A stretch of 64,000 nt of DNA from Haplodiscus bocki (GCA_965655095.1 OZ296652.1:57784001-57848000), one strand, 5' to 3'; shown: positions 48,230 through 62,000, counted from the first letter of the stretch. Numbers and translations are program-made. The notes: generated by a model from the letters alone, not told the origin.

Positions 48230-48937
48230 CTATTTAAAAATATAACGTGATCTAAATAGGTTTCTCTTATGAAAATCAGTTTCTATGTGTTTGTGAGCTT
48301 TGTTATCCATATGAATAGAATAACTTATTTTACAAACTTCACAATATTTGTCAAAACTATTAGTCTTTACTAAGTGTTTTTCTGAACATATATGCTCCCT
48401 CCATTCATCGTTTTTTATTTCTTTATCACAACGTTCACAATAAGTCATACATTTCATTATAAAATAATCTTCAATGTCTCTGTGTTCTTTTGAAATAATA
48501 TAATCAAAAAGAAGTGATTTATTTATTTCGATACTACAAAGTTTACAATATGTTATCTTATCCAGTGATTTGAAGTATGAATTTCCAATATCGTGTATAG
48601 CATTCTGTGTGAAATTCAGTAAATCTTGAGTGAGACTGTCTTCTAATTCTGATTTATAAGTTGATTCACTACAAAACATATTAAATTTCTCTTTTGGTAG
48701 TTTTGTTGCAAAATATGATTGCCAGAAATCAAGTGTCTTTTTAATTTTCAAATTATATATTTGACTTTGCTTGGAATATGTATCAAAAATCATTTCGAAA
48801 AACTTTATTGCAACTTTTTCTTTATCGTTTTCACAAAGTTGTAAATGATTTTCCGAAAGTATATGATACATCCATTCTAATTCATCCATTTTTATATTAC
48901 ATAGTGAACATGTTACTTGTTTCATTATAGTAGTCAT
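48230..48937 (-). CDS. 235-aa multi-C2H2 zinc-finger protein, right-arm copy
   Basis: Mirror of 42912-43619 (~10 aa differences). Confidence 0.8.
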   Translation of the reverse strand: MTTIMKQVTCSLCNIKMDELEWMYHILSENHLQLCENDKEKVAIKFFEMIFDTYSKQSQIYNLKIKKTLDFWQSYFATKLPKEKFNMFCSESTYKSELEDSLTQDLLNFTQNAIHDIGNSYFKSLDKITYCKLCSIEINKSLLFDYIISKEHRDIEDYFIMKCMTYCERCDKEIKNDEWREHICSEKHLVKTNSFDKYCEVCKISYSIHMDNKAHKHIETDFHKRNLFRSRYIFK

Positions 48938-48989
48938 TTGAAAAATAGAAAACTTATTTCAATATTGAAAACAAATATGAAATATATAA

Positions 48990-49535
48990 ATGAGTTTAGA
49001 AGTTGAATATGAAAGACCTTATCAGAGAAACGAACCTGAAAGTTTACAAAATATTACCTTAAATGGTTCTTTCTATAATATTAGAGCTATGTATCCTGAG
49101 AAATTAATCAGAACAATTTTGTTAAAACATCAAGAAAAATTTATTCGTTACACAGCTGAATGTGAATATGAAATATCTTTTAAAAATGAAAAAAATAATA
49201 AAATTTGGTAAAACAATTTTAGTATATATTTACCTCCCCAAGTTAAAAATCATAGAAAAATAAAAGAATTAGAATATATTGGTTATAAATTTCATAAAAT
49301 CATTATATTAACTATAACTACATATAACTCTATTAAAGATTTTCATCCAATATTTTATAAAAAACATATACCAAAACCTATGATAGCTACTAAAATATTA
49401 CAACAGATAGATAAAAATTTTGATAATTTTAAACATTTAGCATGTGAATATAATTGTCTAGATTTAAATCGAATACAAAAATGTAAAAATACTAATCCTG
49501 TTACTAGATACTTATGTTATAAATTATATACATAA
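48990..49535 (+). pseudogene. 181-aa hypothetical protein, right-arm copy with premature TAA at 49209-49211
   Basis: GAA in the left arm is TAA here; the rest is collinear. Confidence 0.8.
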
Positions 49536-49591
49536 TTACAAATACATTTGTTCTCTTATATTTGAATATGAGTATAAATATATGTATATAA

Positions 49592-49891
49592 TTAAGATAC
49601 TGAAACTGTTGTTTTTATCATCTCTGTTAACATATTAACCTGATTGTAAAGATTCTGTATATCTTCTGTGTGTTTATCAATAGTTTTTCTATTCCGTTTA
49701 AGTTTATCTTTATTGTTTTCTCAATAAAGTCTAGATTTTTCTAATAATTTTTCTCTGTTTTTCTGATAATATTTTGCACATCGTATACTAGAGCATTTTT
49801 TACAAGCAACATATAATCTGTGATAGTTATCATACTCTCTTTCATAACCACAAACACGACAAATTTTAATTATTTGGTTTTGTTCATTCAT
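49592..49891 (-). pseudogene. 99-aa zinc-ribbon protein, right-arm copy with premature stop
   Basis: CTT TAT CGA in the left arm reads CTT TAT TGA here. Confidence 0.8.
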
Positions 49892-49961
49892 TTATTTAAA
49901 CATGAAATTATTGAATTCTTTTATCCGCATTAAATTAATTGAATAAATTTATATATTATAA

Positions 49962-52900
49962 ATGAGTCAGATATTAAATAAACTTTTAGATCAAAAAGTA
50001 AAGATGGATGGAGATATTAAGAAAGTAAATAAAAATATAAAATCAAACGAAGACAAAAATATTGAATTGTATAAAGAAATTAAAACCATTAAGAGAGCTA
50101 TTCGTAATAGAAAAAAGAAAAATAAAAAATATAATGATCTTTCCTTGAGAATATCTGAGATACGAAATGATATTAGTCACTATAAAAATGATACAATTAT
50201 GTTAAATAATAGAATAGTAGAATTTAAAAGCTTGAAAGATAATATATTATTAAGAATAGAGAAAATTAAAACATATGTAGAAAATATGGCACAAAATAAT
50301 ATGAAAAGATGTGAAGATTGTGGAATAAATATTCATAGAGCTAGTTATAGTAGGCATTTAAAATCAAAAAGACATTTAGAAAAAAAGCAAATTAAACCTA
50401 AACCTAAAAAAAATTAATAAAGATGAAAATAAAAACAAAAATATTAAAAAAAAATAACAAAATCAAATATAAATTTTCAGATGATATATTAAATAAAATA
50501 TATGATATTTCTGTAGATAGACACCATAAGAAAGATTTGAATTCACAAATAACAATTACATAAAAATTTGATAATACTGGAATAGAAATGTATTATATTG
50601 ACAAGATATTTAAAGAAATGAGTCATATATATGCTAAATTTATAAAACAGTATAAGTTTAAATATCAATTATCCTTTATGTTATTATTTTATAAATTTGA
50701 AGAAGATGGTGATATTAGAAGGGAAGCAGAAATGTCTACCAATTTAAGTATGATTACTAATTTAACTCAATCTGAGATAGATAATGTTAATATTCAATGG
50801 GATTTAGAAGCTAGGAAACAAAATTTAGAGATGAGAGAATCAGGATGGGTTTTTCAAAGAGTTAATTCAATGACAATATCTTTCTATAATACTGGTAATA
50901 TGGATGGTTCTAGTTATATTAAAATACCATTAAGATCTTCTGCTATATTAAATATTAAAAACGATGATAAATATTGTTTCTTGTGGTCAATTTTAGCTAA
51001 ACTACATCCTTCTGAAAATAATTCTAATATAGTATCAAGTTATAGAAAATATTTTAACGAATTAAACATAGAAGGTTTTGATTTTACTAATGGTTTCAAA
51101 TGCAGTGATATGTATAGATTTGAGAAATTAAACAACTTATCAATAAACATATATGAATTAGGTTTCGATCAAAATAAACATAAATTAATCCCTATTGAGA
51201 TAAGTAAAAATGAATCAGATAAAGTCATTGATTTATTAATTTATAAAAATCATTATGTTCTCATTAAAAAATCAAATGTCTTTATAGGAAAACATGATTG
51301 TAAATATGTCAGTAGAAAGTGCTTAAATTCATATACAACTAATAGTATGTTAGTTAAACATAAAAAATTATGTCAAGAAAATCAACAATTAAAAACTTCT
51401 CCTAACTCACATATATATTGGAAGAAATATTTTCAGAAGAATAAATTAAATTTTAGAATACATGCGGATTTTGAAGCTGATAATAAAAAAGAAAATACTA
51501 ATATTGGAGACAAAACAACTAATATTTTTAAACAAGAACCAGTATGTAATGGATAACAAATTGTATCAGATTTAGATCATATTTTAAAAAGTGATTATCA
51601 TAAATCTCCTTTAGGTTATGAAAATATTAATTGGTTTGTAGATGAAATTATTAAATTAGAAAATAAAATGAACTTTTGGTTTAAAAATACTAACAAAGAT
51701 ATCATTATGACAGAAGAAAATAAACAAGACTTTGAAAATGATAATATTTGTCGATATTGTGAAAAATATATTGAAACAGATAAAGTTAGGGATCATTGTC
51801 ATTTAACAGGTAATTATAGAGGACCGGCTCATAATGAATGTAATTTACAAGTTAAGCAAAAAGATAGTAATTTCATAACAATTGGTCTACATAATTTTAG
51901 TAACTATGATTGTCATATGTTCTTTAAAACATTAGTTGATAGAAAAAAAGATAATGTAAAATTTGAGATAATTCCTAAAACAGACGAAAAATATATTTCA
52001 GTTAAATATGGATGTATTAGGTTTATAGATACATATAGATTCTTATCAAGTAGTTTAGGTAAATTAGTTAAAACATTAGTTGATAACAGCCATAAAACAC
52101 TTAAAAACTTGAAAAAAGAAGTTATTGGAGATGATAAAATATTAGATATCATTAATGAATTAGAAAACATGATTGATAAAACCAAAAGAAAAAAATCTAT
52201 TAGTGATTTAAAGAAAAAATATCCTGATAAAATTAATGAATTAGAAGAAGCATTTTTAGATTATATAGGAGAAAACGACCTTAAAATATTAAAAACAGAA
52301 TTTCCTGATAAGTGGAGGTATTTAAATAAAAAATTAGCATATCCTTATGAATAGTTTAATAGTATCGAAGATTATAACAAACCTGTTAATAATTTAGAAA
52401 ATAAAGATTTCTTTAGTAAATTAAAAAATAAATGCCCCGATGATAAAAAAATTGATAGAACAAGAGAAATTATTAAAAAATTCAATATTAAAGATGGTAA
52501 AGAATTAACAGAATTATATTGTAAAAATGATGTTTTATTATTAGCATGTGTTTTTGAAAAAATTATAAAAGTATCAAAAAATGAATTTGGAATAAGTCCA
52601 TTGTATTTTGTTAGCTTACCTGGTTATACTTGGGCTTGTGGTTTAAAATATACAAATATCAAATTACAAACACTACAAGATAAAGAAATGATTTTATTAA
52701 TAGAAAATGGTATAAGAGGTGGTATATCTGGTGTTATGGGAGATAGGTATGTAAAATCAGATGAAAATACAAATATATTATATGTAGATGCTAATAATTC
52801 ATATGGTTTTGGTATGAGTCAACCTTTACCTTATGATAATATTAAATTTGAAACAGATAATGTTTGTTTAGAAGAAATTTTAAATACTCCAGATGATAAC

Positions 52901-54031
52901 GATATTGGTTACTTTTTAGAAGTCGATCTTGAATATCCTTATAGTATAAGGCAAAAAACTACGTATTTTCCATTCTGTCCTGAAAATAAAACTAAATCTA
53001 AAAATGATTTTGGTCCATATATAAAATCAATAATGCCTAAAAATTATGTATCTCAGAAAAAATTAATTTGTGATTGGACTGATAAGAGAAATTATTTAAT
53101 TCATTATAGAATGTTAAAATTTTATGTTAGGCATGGTATGAAAATTAAACAAGTTCATAGAGTAATATCCTTTAAACAAAATAAATGGTTAGAAAAATAT
53201 ATTGATTTTAATACACAAAAAAGAAATCAAGCAGTAAACGATTTTGAAAAAGACTTCTAAAAATTATTAAATAATGCTTTTTACGGTAAAACTATGGAAA
53301 ATGTTAGGAACAGATGTAAAATAGAGATCATTAAAAGGGATAATTATAATAAAATTTTAAGATGGCAAAGAAAATTAACATTAAATGGTAAATGTAAAAG
53401 TTTTGGTAATTGTGATAGTTATATTGAAAAAGAACATGAAATATTAATGGATAAGCCTATATATTTAGGATTTGCTATATTAGAATTGAGTAAATTACAA
53501 ATGTATGAAACATATTATGATACATTACAACCATACTTTGGTCAGGAAAATTTACAATTACATTATATAGAGTGTGATAGTTTTGTATTAAGTATAAAAT
53601 CAGAAAAAATAATTAAAGACTTGAAAAATTTAGAAGATATATTTGATTTGAGTAATATAGATGAAAACCATGAGTTATAGAGTGAAAAGAATAAAAAAGT
53701 ATCAGGAAAATTTAAAATAGAAACACCTAAAAAAATATTTATAGATGAATTCATAGCATTAAGAAGTAAAATGTATGCTTTTAAGTGTAAAGATAAGGAA
53801 GAAGATAAGAAAAAACTAAAAGGTATATCTAAAAGTCAATCAAAAAATATTAAATTCGAGGAATATAAAATATGTTTAGATGGTGAAGAATTAGAAAATG
53901 AATGTGTTAATTATATTTTAAAATCAATTAATCATGATATGTATATGCAAGGAAGTAAAAAGACGACTTTGAGTATTTTCGATGATAAAAGTAATTATTT
54001 AGATAATATTAAAAGTATACCTTGGAATTAA
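49962..54031 (+). pseudogene. polB: pPolB, right-arm copy
   Basis: Mirror of 37807-41887. A-run indels near 50410/50450, stops at ~50560, 51554, 52352, 53258, 53678. Motif A YVDANNSYG, motif C YIECDS. Confidence 0.92.
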
Positions 54032-54072
54032 TTTTTTATTTTGAAGTTCATTACAAAATCTGAGCAAGTCCA

Positions 54073-54713
54073 TTTAACATATCCCAAATAAGATGATGGG
54101 TATGGGTGTGCTGTTGAACATATCCCAAATACGATACTGGGTATGGTTGCGCTGTTGAATATATCTCAAATACGATATTGGGTATGGTTGCGCTGTTGAA
54201 TATATCTCAAATACGATACTGGGTATGGGTGCGCTGTTGAACATATCTCAAATACGATACTGGGTATGGGTGCGCTGTTGAGCATATCCCAAATACGATA
54301 CTGGGTATGGGTGCGCTGTTGAACATATCTCAAATACGATACTGGGTATGGGTGAGCTATTGAACATATCCCAAATACGATACTGGGTATGGGTGCGCTG
54401 TTGAACATATCTCAAATACGATACTGGGTATGGGTGCGCTGTTGAGCATATCCCAAATACGATACTGGGTATGGGTGCGCTGTTGAACATATCTCAAATA
54501 CGATACTGGGTATGGGTGAGCTATTGAACATATCCCAAATACGATACTGGGTATGGGTGCGCTGTTGAACATATCTCAAATACGATACTGGGTATGGGTG
54601 AGCTATTGAACATATCCCAAATACGATACTGGGTATGGGTGCGCTGTTGAACATATCTCAAATACGATACTGGGTATGGGTGCGCTGTTGAGCATATCCC
54701 AAATACGATGAAG
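54073..54713 (-). repeat. Right subterminal 41-bp minisatellite (~15.5 copies)
   Basis: Reverse complement of the left array, about 246 bp (6 units) longer, with alternating g/a variants giving an 82-bp dimer. Confidence 0.95.
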
Positions 54714-57700
54714 GGTAGGGGGGTGCGCTCTGCGCCTATCCCATATGCGACTTATATAACTACTCACGTGGATAGTACGAAAAAGACCTTGTGGTTCCTC
54801 CAGATTTTCTCTGACTCGCGCTCTGAAGGAAACACTAGATGACTACAACCCAACCAAACGACTTCGAGAAAAACATCTGAATACTGACGCAAGTACAAAA
54901 AATCTGAATTTCAGAAGACAAGTGAAAAAAATGTCACACAAGAGAATCCAAATCCTCGAGAAATGTCTTTTTCCAGACTTTCCATTGTGTGAAAGTTTTG
55001 AAATGAGCCCTAGATGACTTCAATCAGAATATTAGTCTGAGAAAAACAACTTAAAAGAGAGAGGCGAGGCTTAACTTCCAAACACAGTCGGACTTGTCAG
55101 TTGAAATCAAAGATAAGGTTCACCGAGTAAGTTCTGAGAGACATATGCACTTTGACCGCACACAAGATTGAGAAATTGAAAGCTTGTATAAAAAGGAGAT
55201 GTCTGGTCGATCACAGATTCCTCACCCCAGTTTTCGAATGAGTGCTTGAAAACTGCAATCCAACCGGTAACCCTCCAAAAAAAATTGAGAACTCGAATTT
55301 TGTTTTTTTTTTGTTTCAGACTGGAAGTCGAAATTCTCGTCCAGGTGACCACAGATAACCCATTTTCTACAGGTTCTTCTTTCCGTTGTGGACTATGAAA
55401 CAGCGCTATATAACTGCAACCAAACGAGTTGTTTTGGAGAAAAAATTGAAAACAGAACGAAGTAAAGCCGATTTGAAAGTAACAAGTCAAAACATTTCGG
55501 TGTAAAGAATAAAGCTCAAGAAAGGGGACAAGCTTGTTTTGTCAAGATCAATTGATATTGCGCGGGTTTTAGCCAGCACTGGACGGCCATAATCCATCTT
55601 TAGAAAATCAACCTTGGAAAAGTCTCGAAAATTTCAAGCTTCAAAGAAAATCAAACTACAAGTCCGCACTGTCGAATAAACAATTTAATTCGCCCAGGGT
55701 GGAGCCAATATCTTGGCTTGGGAATGCAATGGACACCTCACGTAAAGCTGAGAAAATGTGGATTCGAACGGAGGTGAAATGGACTTCGAGTTTTAGACTG
55801 GAATGTTCCATGAGCCACAGATTGAGAGTGACTCTACGGCACATTTACCTGTCCTCGCGAGAGAGTATCTGCTCCTTTGTATGTGTTGCTGGATATTTCC
55901 AGAGAAACTCTGAGAGAAAACAGCCTGTTCCAGCAGTTTTTTTGGGGGATTTCCAAAGCTATGGCGCGCACACTCCCTCTGAGGTAGTGTCATTCATACA
56001 ATCAGGCGTTTCTGTTTTCAGACTTTTTCATAGGTAAAAGTGACGGCTCTATTGTTGGTGCCATGCTTTACACACCACTGAGCGGACACACTCGCAGACA
56101 AAAGGAAACATAGGACGTTCTATGACCATCACATGCACAGAAGAGTAACCGATTTCGAGTTGCCATTGTGTCGTAACGAGAAGTTCCAACATTATCTAAC
56201 GGACACGCTGTTGAATATTGTTTTGCATAAAACTGTAGTAAACTTTTTTTTAAAAAAAGAGCCATAGATATCACCAGTGGGAAACGATTGCGCTGCTGAA
56301 AAACCGAGAAGAATGTTTCATAAAGCTGAATGTGAGGAAATCGTGATGGCGTTGGACGTCCTGCTGTAGAGGCAATCGGCCTTGTCACTGACGTGTTGGC
56401 CAGAGTAGACATACTGCAGATAAAACGAGGCTGACATGTCTTCTGGACGCACTCTCATACTTGCCATTGGCGACACCAATCAACTGACTGCACAGGTTTC
56501 TTCCGGAGTTCAACATTACTCTTAACTTCCAAAAAGCAATTGAATTATTTGACACAATGGTCGCCCACTTGGACAGACACCCTCAGACGAAATGTCACAG
56601 AAGCCTGTTTCAGAAAACGAAATTGATTTTAGAGTCCCTGCTCTTTCTGGCAAAAGTCGATTAAGATTAAAGCCCGACTGGAGTTACTATCAAGACTCAA
56701 GAACACTGGAGAAACTCTGCAAAAGGGAAGTGGAGAGTGGGGCTGTCCATGTATTCCGGTGGCAAATCGTGTCTTCAGGTGTTCCAACGATGACTTTTGA
56801 GTCTGAGGACGAAATGTGCCAAAATCATCCATCGACAAAGTCGCCAGTTAACAACGATGGAGTCAACTTCTTTGACAGAAAATGCAAAGAGCCTCGCAAG
56901 GTGGTAGTCCAAAAAAGTGCAAGCTCAGACCGAAGGTCAACATAAAAGAAGTCACAGGGGCAGGTGTGCATTCTAGCTGAAAAGACGCATCGTGACGGTG
57001 GGTCGTTATTTCATTATGTTGCTCCCTCCGTGGACTCTCGTCTCTGCTGGACGATAAACTACTTACTGAAGGAATGTTCAGGCAGTGGCGCAAGAAACTC
57101 ATGTCGAAACACACAATATACTCGGTTTCATTGAGAACAACATCGTTACGCACAAGACAGGACTATTTACAAATTCCGTTGCTTCAACGCGCCACAAATT
57201 GATGGGTAACACATTTGCGAAAAATGCGCAGCAAGTATCAATTACAGAAGAGAGATATAATTGTGGATTGCATCTCAGGCATACCTCAAGGTCAGAAGAA
57301 TCAACGAATTGGACAAGGTGTATTTCGTTCGAGACAAATAAGTAAACTTTTAGAGATATTGTTTTTCCAGTAGCATTGAAAGATAAAGTCGCAATCGGTG
57401 TTTGCGGTTACCGTATATTTCTTCTACAGGGCTGAAACAAAAGAAGCCATACGTACCATTATGACCACCACGCGCCGACAACTGCAGGCTGAAAATCGTT
57501 TAGGCTGCTCTAACGAATGGGATTAGCAGCGGAAGCGAGAGTACCACGTCCCTCAAGCTGCCAAAATGTTTGTTTATCTGATAGTTAGCTCGAATAGAAT
57601 CAACTTTGACACCAGCTACGCTGGGGCAACAGAACAGAACTTGTTGGAGCAACGTCGGACAAACAACTCTGGAGCTCTGGATGACGTCTCTAACTAGATC

Positions 57701-58139
57701 AATCCGCCACCAAGGCTGCTTTCGAATATAATTTTAAGGAAAACCACTGTCGTGAACAGCTATTCCGTGAAGTCGAGAACGTGACTGTTAGGTCTGCGTC
57801 TAGATGAAGCCAAATCCACTTATTATGCGCGAGTGGACAATATGGCAATGTCAGCTTTGCTTAATGTGGAGCAAAGATTCAGAGTTCATCATATTAACTT
57901 ACTCTACTTCCTTAGAGTCATTTGAGGGACAAAATACTATTAATGAAACGAAATCTTGAAAGCCAGTGGTGTATGTGACAATTTCAAACTATTCTGTTCT
58001 GAAGATTAGGTAAACGTACAGAAACATGAAGATGGTGGCAGAAAACTAATGCTCATACTTTTTTTCATTTAAATTTGTTGTAAGTAAGCGAGTGCAAACA
58101 TAAAACTCACAAAAAAACTGAATACCATCAATTAATCGA

Positions 58140-59050
58140 CCCGGATAACGAGCTGAAGTCAACATACAAAATATGATGTATCTTTCACGCCGCGGCATCA
58201 CAGCAAATTAAATTTAATGAACTTTTCCGGAAATTTGCAGTAAATTCGTCTTCAAGAAGTTTCCCACTATGAAGGCTTCGCTGCCCGGGAGCGGATAGAA
58301 CGCAACAATGACTTAAATTGTTCATTCAGACAGCCGAAGAATCCAAGCAGTCTCGTGATCTAGGAAAAGTGACGGAGCATAGGAGTCCAGTTGGGCTGTT
58401 GTCGCCCAAAAATGTCGGTTATCTGGAAGGTACAGAGAACTCAATAATAAAGCGAGGACACCCTCTTGTATCCTGCGAAAAAAGGACTGTGCAAAAGATA
58501 CCACTGAGTGACTTTAGCAACACCAGTTACGTTGAGTCCAATTCAACAGCTACAAAACCTAAACTTATGCAAGCGGTGACGAAGGACAAGTAGTTTGTAA
58601 GGAGCGTCTGTCTGAAGGACAGAATGACTCGCCCACCTGCGGTCTATCAACGCAAAAGCAAGCAAACACTGGACGTTGAGCGTTACATTCAATTGCGAGG
58701 AATTGAAAGAACAAGTAACTGGAGAAGATGCAGTGAAATTTACATCAAGTGCTTTGACCGAGACCTTATTACACGGAGCCAAAGTCACTAGCAACGGATG
58801 ACATTGACACTTATTATATAGAATATGCGCTCACTAGACTAGCCAAAACAATTTGACAGAAGAAGGTTCAGGATCCTTGACTAGTTTAGGCAAATGATTG
58901 AAACTACGTGGTTTCCGACAAATTTTTTGTACCATAATTGCCACTGGCAACCCTACATGGAACTGTTGGCTGTTCAGAAGAATTACAAGTATGGAACAAC
59001 AAACAGTGTTGTTGGTGTTAATTTGCACATCTCGTCGTCGCCCAGTAAAA
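58140..59050 (+). pseudogene. Decayed distant homolog of the macrosatellite-unit gene
   Basis: Collinear segments: FIQTAEESKQ ~ FFTNKEES.K; SPVGLLSPKNVGYLEGTENSIIKRGHPLV ~ SQVAIIK...TPSITTKEPLL; CKERLSEGQNDSPTCG ~ CCSGK..QTFHDQCGC; KHWTLSVTF ~ KKWTLFVSL; KVQD...LRGFRQI ~ KVQEIVKSVNDKQGFRKI. Confidence 0.55.
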
Positions 59051-62000
59051 GGGGTGGATTATTAGGTGCTGGAACAAGTGAGAACGTTGAAGGACGGCAT
59101 ACTGAAGGTGGTCGATAAAGTTTGTGAGTAAAAATTGACAGTAGTTTGAAGGGAGTTCGAAACTGAACGAAGTATCATAAAGTGATGATTTATACCAGAG
59201 TTTTTCTGTATTGTAGAAATTGGTCTTCAACAACATACTGTCAGCTTCAGCGTACCAAGATGCTCCGTGCAGCGATGTTTGTTGGTGGTTTAATTTGGAA
59301 AACTACGTTATGCAGTCTCCATTCGCAGCTTTTAGTAACTGAATACATGAGCTACGTTGCTGGTGAAAAGGCAACTGAAATTTTAGAAAGTGAGCGTAGA
59401 AAGCTCGACTTTTATGGCTCATCTGTTCAATACTAGATGACAGGTACCATTATGTAAGTCTTCGTCATTCCATGTAAGCAAAACAAAACAAATAGAAGTT
59501 TGCCATTGTGAATTGAAGCTCAGAACGTATTCTTGATTGATGTTAATTGTTCAAAAACGTTCAGTCAATTGAATTAATTGGGCAGCAGAACGGTTATTTA
59601 TCATATCATTGCAGATTCAAAATGTTTCAGGAAGAAATTCATCACTTTCACTTGTGAAATTGAAATTTGTACTCGTGATGTAAAGAGAATCAGAGCTAAT
59701 GCGAAAGATGGTATTGTTGTTGAGAAAAAGAAAATATAAAACTAATTCGGGATATATTCGTATTCCAAACGAATTGCGGCGTGCAAAATGTTTATCCAGA
59801 AGCAGTGATGTTGTGTAGCAAAACTGAAGATGAAAAATAAAAATTGAACATGACGAAACCTGCAAGGTTAGCTAGCGTCTTATGGTATATATGAGCGGCC
59901 ATTTCTTTGGGGTATTTAGACAAGGAAAAGGAGAGTTATGAAGACACATCCGCCCAATGATGAAATTACCCAAATTAGAACACGATTGATATAACAGGAG
60001 TCTGAAACTTAGCAGAAAAGAATAATGGAACGACAACGAAAAACTTGGTTCGGAAAACTTCTTTGGACTGCTTCAAAGAAGTGAACGTTTTCTAGGTAAA
60101 GAAGGGTTTGAAAAAGCATTGGGGCATCCCTGAGAACGTTTTCAATGAGTGAAACAATTCCACTTCTCGCATGGACAATGTGAGCCATTGACACGGAGCC
60201 AAATAAAGAGTAAAAATCAACCAGGAAAGTTGTTAGTGTGTGTGCCAGTCAAAGGGAAGAAAATTGTTAGTTTCAGCAAGCTCAGTAGCGGGGAAACGAT
60301 AAGATATCCATCTACTCATACAACAGCAAAGAAGACATATTTCCACGTGCTGTGTTCATATCGTTAATTGTTGATTTTACGCGTAATCCTCGACCAAATG
60401 GTGGACCGCGAGACGCAAATGATAGAGATACTTGTCCATTACGAGTTAATTAAAGTCTAAAGAAAAGAAAACTGCAAACATTTGTATAAAGTAGGTCCAT
60501 GTAACAAATGGTGCGCAGGATTAGGCAGATTTTCGTTTATTATGCTTTGTTGTAACTTCTGTCAAATACATTTGGAAGAGGGAATCATTCCCTAAGTATG
60601 GAGACATTTTTCTCCGGAAATTGCCAATTGTTTGTGATGTTCAAGTTGGAAAGATCAAAAAGATAAGTAGCTCTCCTGGACACTCAGAAAGCAATATTGA
60701 AGACCCTGGTGAAAGTTAGTCGCCAAAACACAGCAAATTGTTCTGTTCGTTTAAAGTGAGAAAATAGCAAACTTCCTCATTAGTTTTCCTGGCTGTATGA
60801 TACACAGGACACGTAAAATGCAGTTTTGACAAGCCAGCCGAAAACTTACGGACCAAAACCCGAAAATAATCTGCTAATGCTTTCAAAAAGAAAAACTTTT
60901 TCTCGGAAAAAGTCACAAAATATTCCTCCGGGCACGTTGAAAGGAGTCCTGAAAAAACCGATTTTTGTTTAATAAAATAAGTATTGTGCTAAGAGCGGGT
61001 TTTTTGCACTCTAGGTTGTCTCTTTTTCTTGAAAATTTCAACCAAAAGTCTTTGATTAACCGCCGGTGACCGAAAATGTTTGAATCAATGAAGTTTTGGT
61101 TGTGCCTTAGATGATTTCATTGATACATTAAGCATTGTTTGACTGCGCTCCGGGTAAAAGAAATGGTGATGCCGGTTTTTACAACGATATAAAACAATGG
61201 AATTCAGCATTACTTCCCAGCTTATTTTCATGTTTGAGACATGCGAATAACAGACGAATTCAACTAAAGATGAATGAAGCTCATTCAAAAGAAATCAGAA
61301 GATATTGGCCACCAAATTCGGTTATTCTTCTTGTAATCTAGGGCGTATTGTTTTGGGTTGTCTTTTACAACAAAAAACTATAGGGTAGGAAAAACAGCAA
61401 TGAGATATCTTAGCATATGGGAGCATTTCATGGGCCATGTCATGTGGAGTATCCAAGCTCAATCCGATTTACAATGCTCTTCTGTCTGTACGCGAAGCTT
61501 AGCAATGAGAAATGTCGCTCAGTAATATTTTGTTCACCAGAGGGTGTTCCGGTTGACGGGAAACTATTCACATTAACAGGCTGCCATAACGCTGTTTATT
61601 CAGGAGAGGTGAACCATAACAAAGGAAATGTAAATTACCCATCGAATTAGGCTATGATTTCTGCCCTTCTACCTTAATTCTTTTCCCGGGTACAACCTAG
61701 TGCTGCGCCACCATATGTCAAGGCACTCAATCGGAGCGTAGCGAGTTCGAGAAACGGGCCGCTATACCAGGCTCACCGACCGTAGGCGGGCGGCTCCGTC
61801 CACCTTCTTCTCGACAATGAAGCCATACTTACCAGCGAGGCTGTCCTGATCAAGACGCATTCGCAGTTAGAAAACTGATTCCAAAATGCAAATTTCAGAA
61901 CCAATGGCACAAGTAATTGTTTGAGCTTCTCAAATACGTTTTCCCCAGTATTTGCAGACAACCGAAAAACCAGAAGCAAAAAAAACAGCAACATAATTTA

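Larger units (their letters stand above)
37320..54764. mobile_element. Palindromic Polinton/Maverick-like element (17,445 bp; two inverted ~8.5-8.8-kb arms), non-autonomous
   Basis: Termini 5'-AGTAGTTATATAAGTCGCATATGGGATA...TATCCCATATGCGACTTATATAACTACT-3' (AGTAGT/ACTACT is the Polinton terminus signature), flanked by CACGTG on both sides. pPolB and six ORFs occur twice in mirror order. Sharp shift to very AT-rich composition relative to the flanks. Confidence 0.93.

Noticed and set aside
37320-54764. Palindrome as a chimeric-read or assembly artifact
   Set aside because: The arms carry many independent substitutions, in-frame indels and different repeat counts. The axis has a non-palindromic spacer, and the mirror ends exactly at Polinton termini plus a 6-bp duplication with unrelated flanks. 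Read-level confirmation is still advisable.
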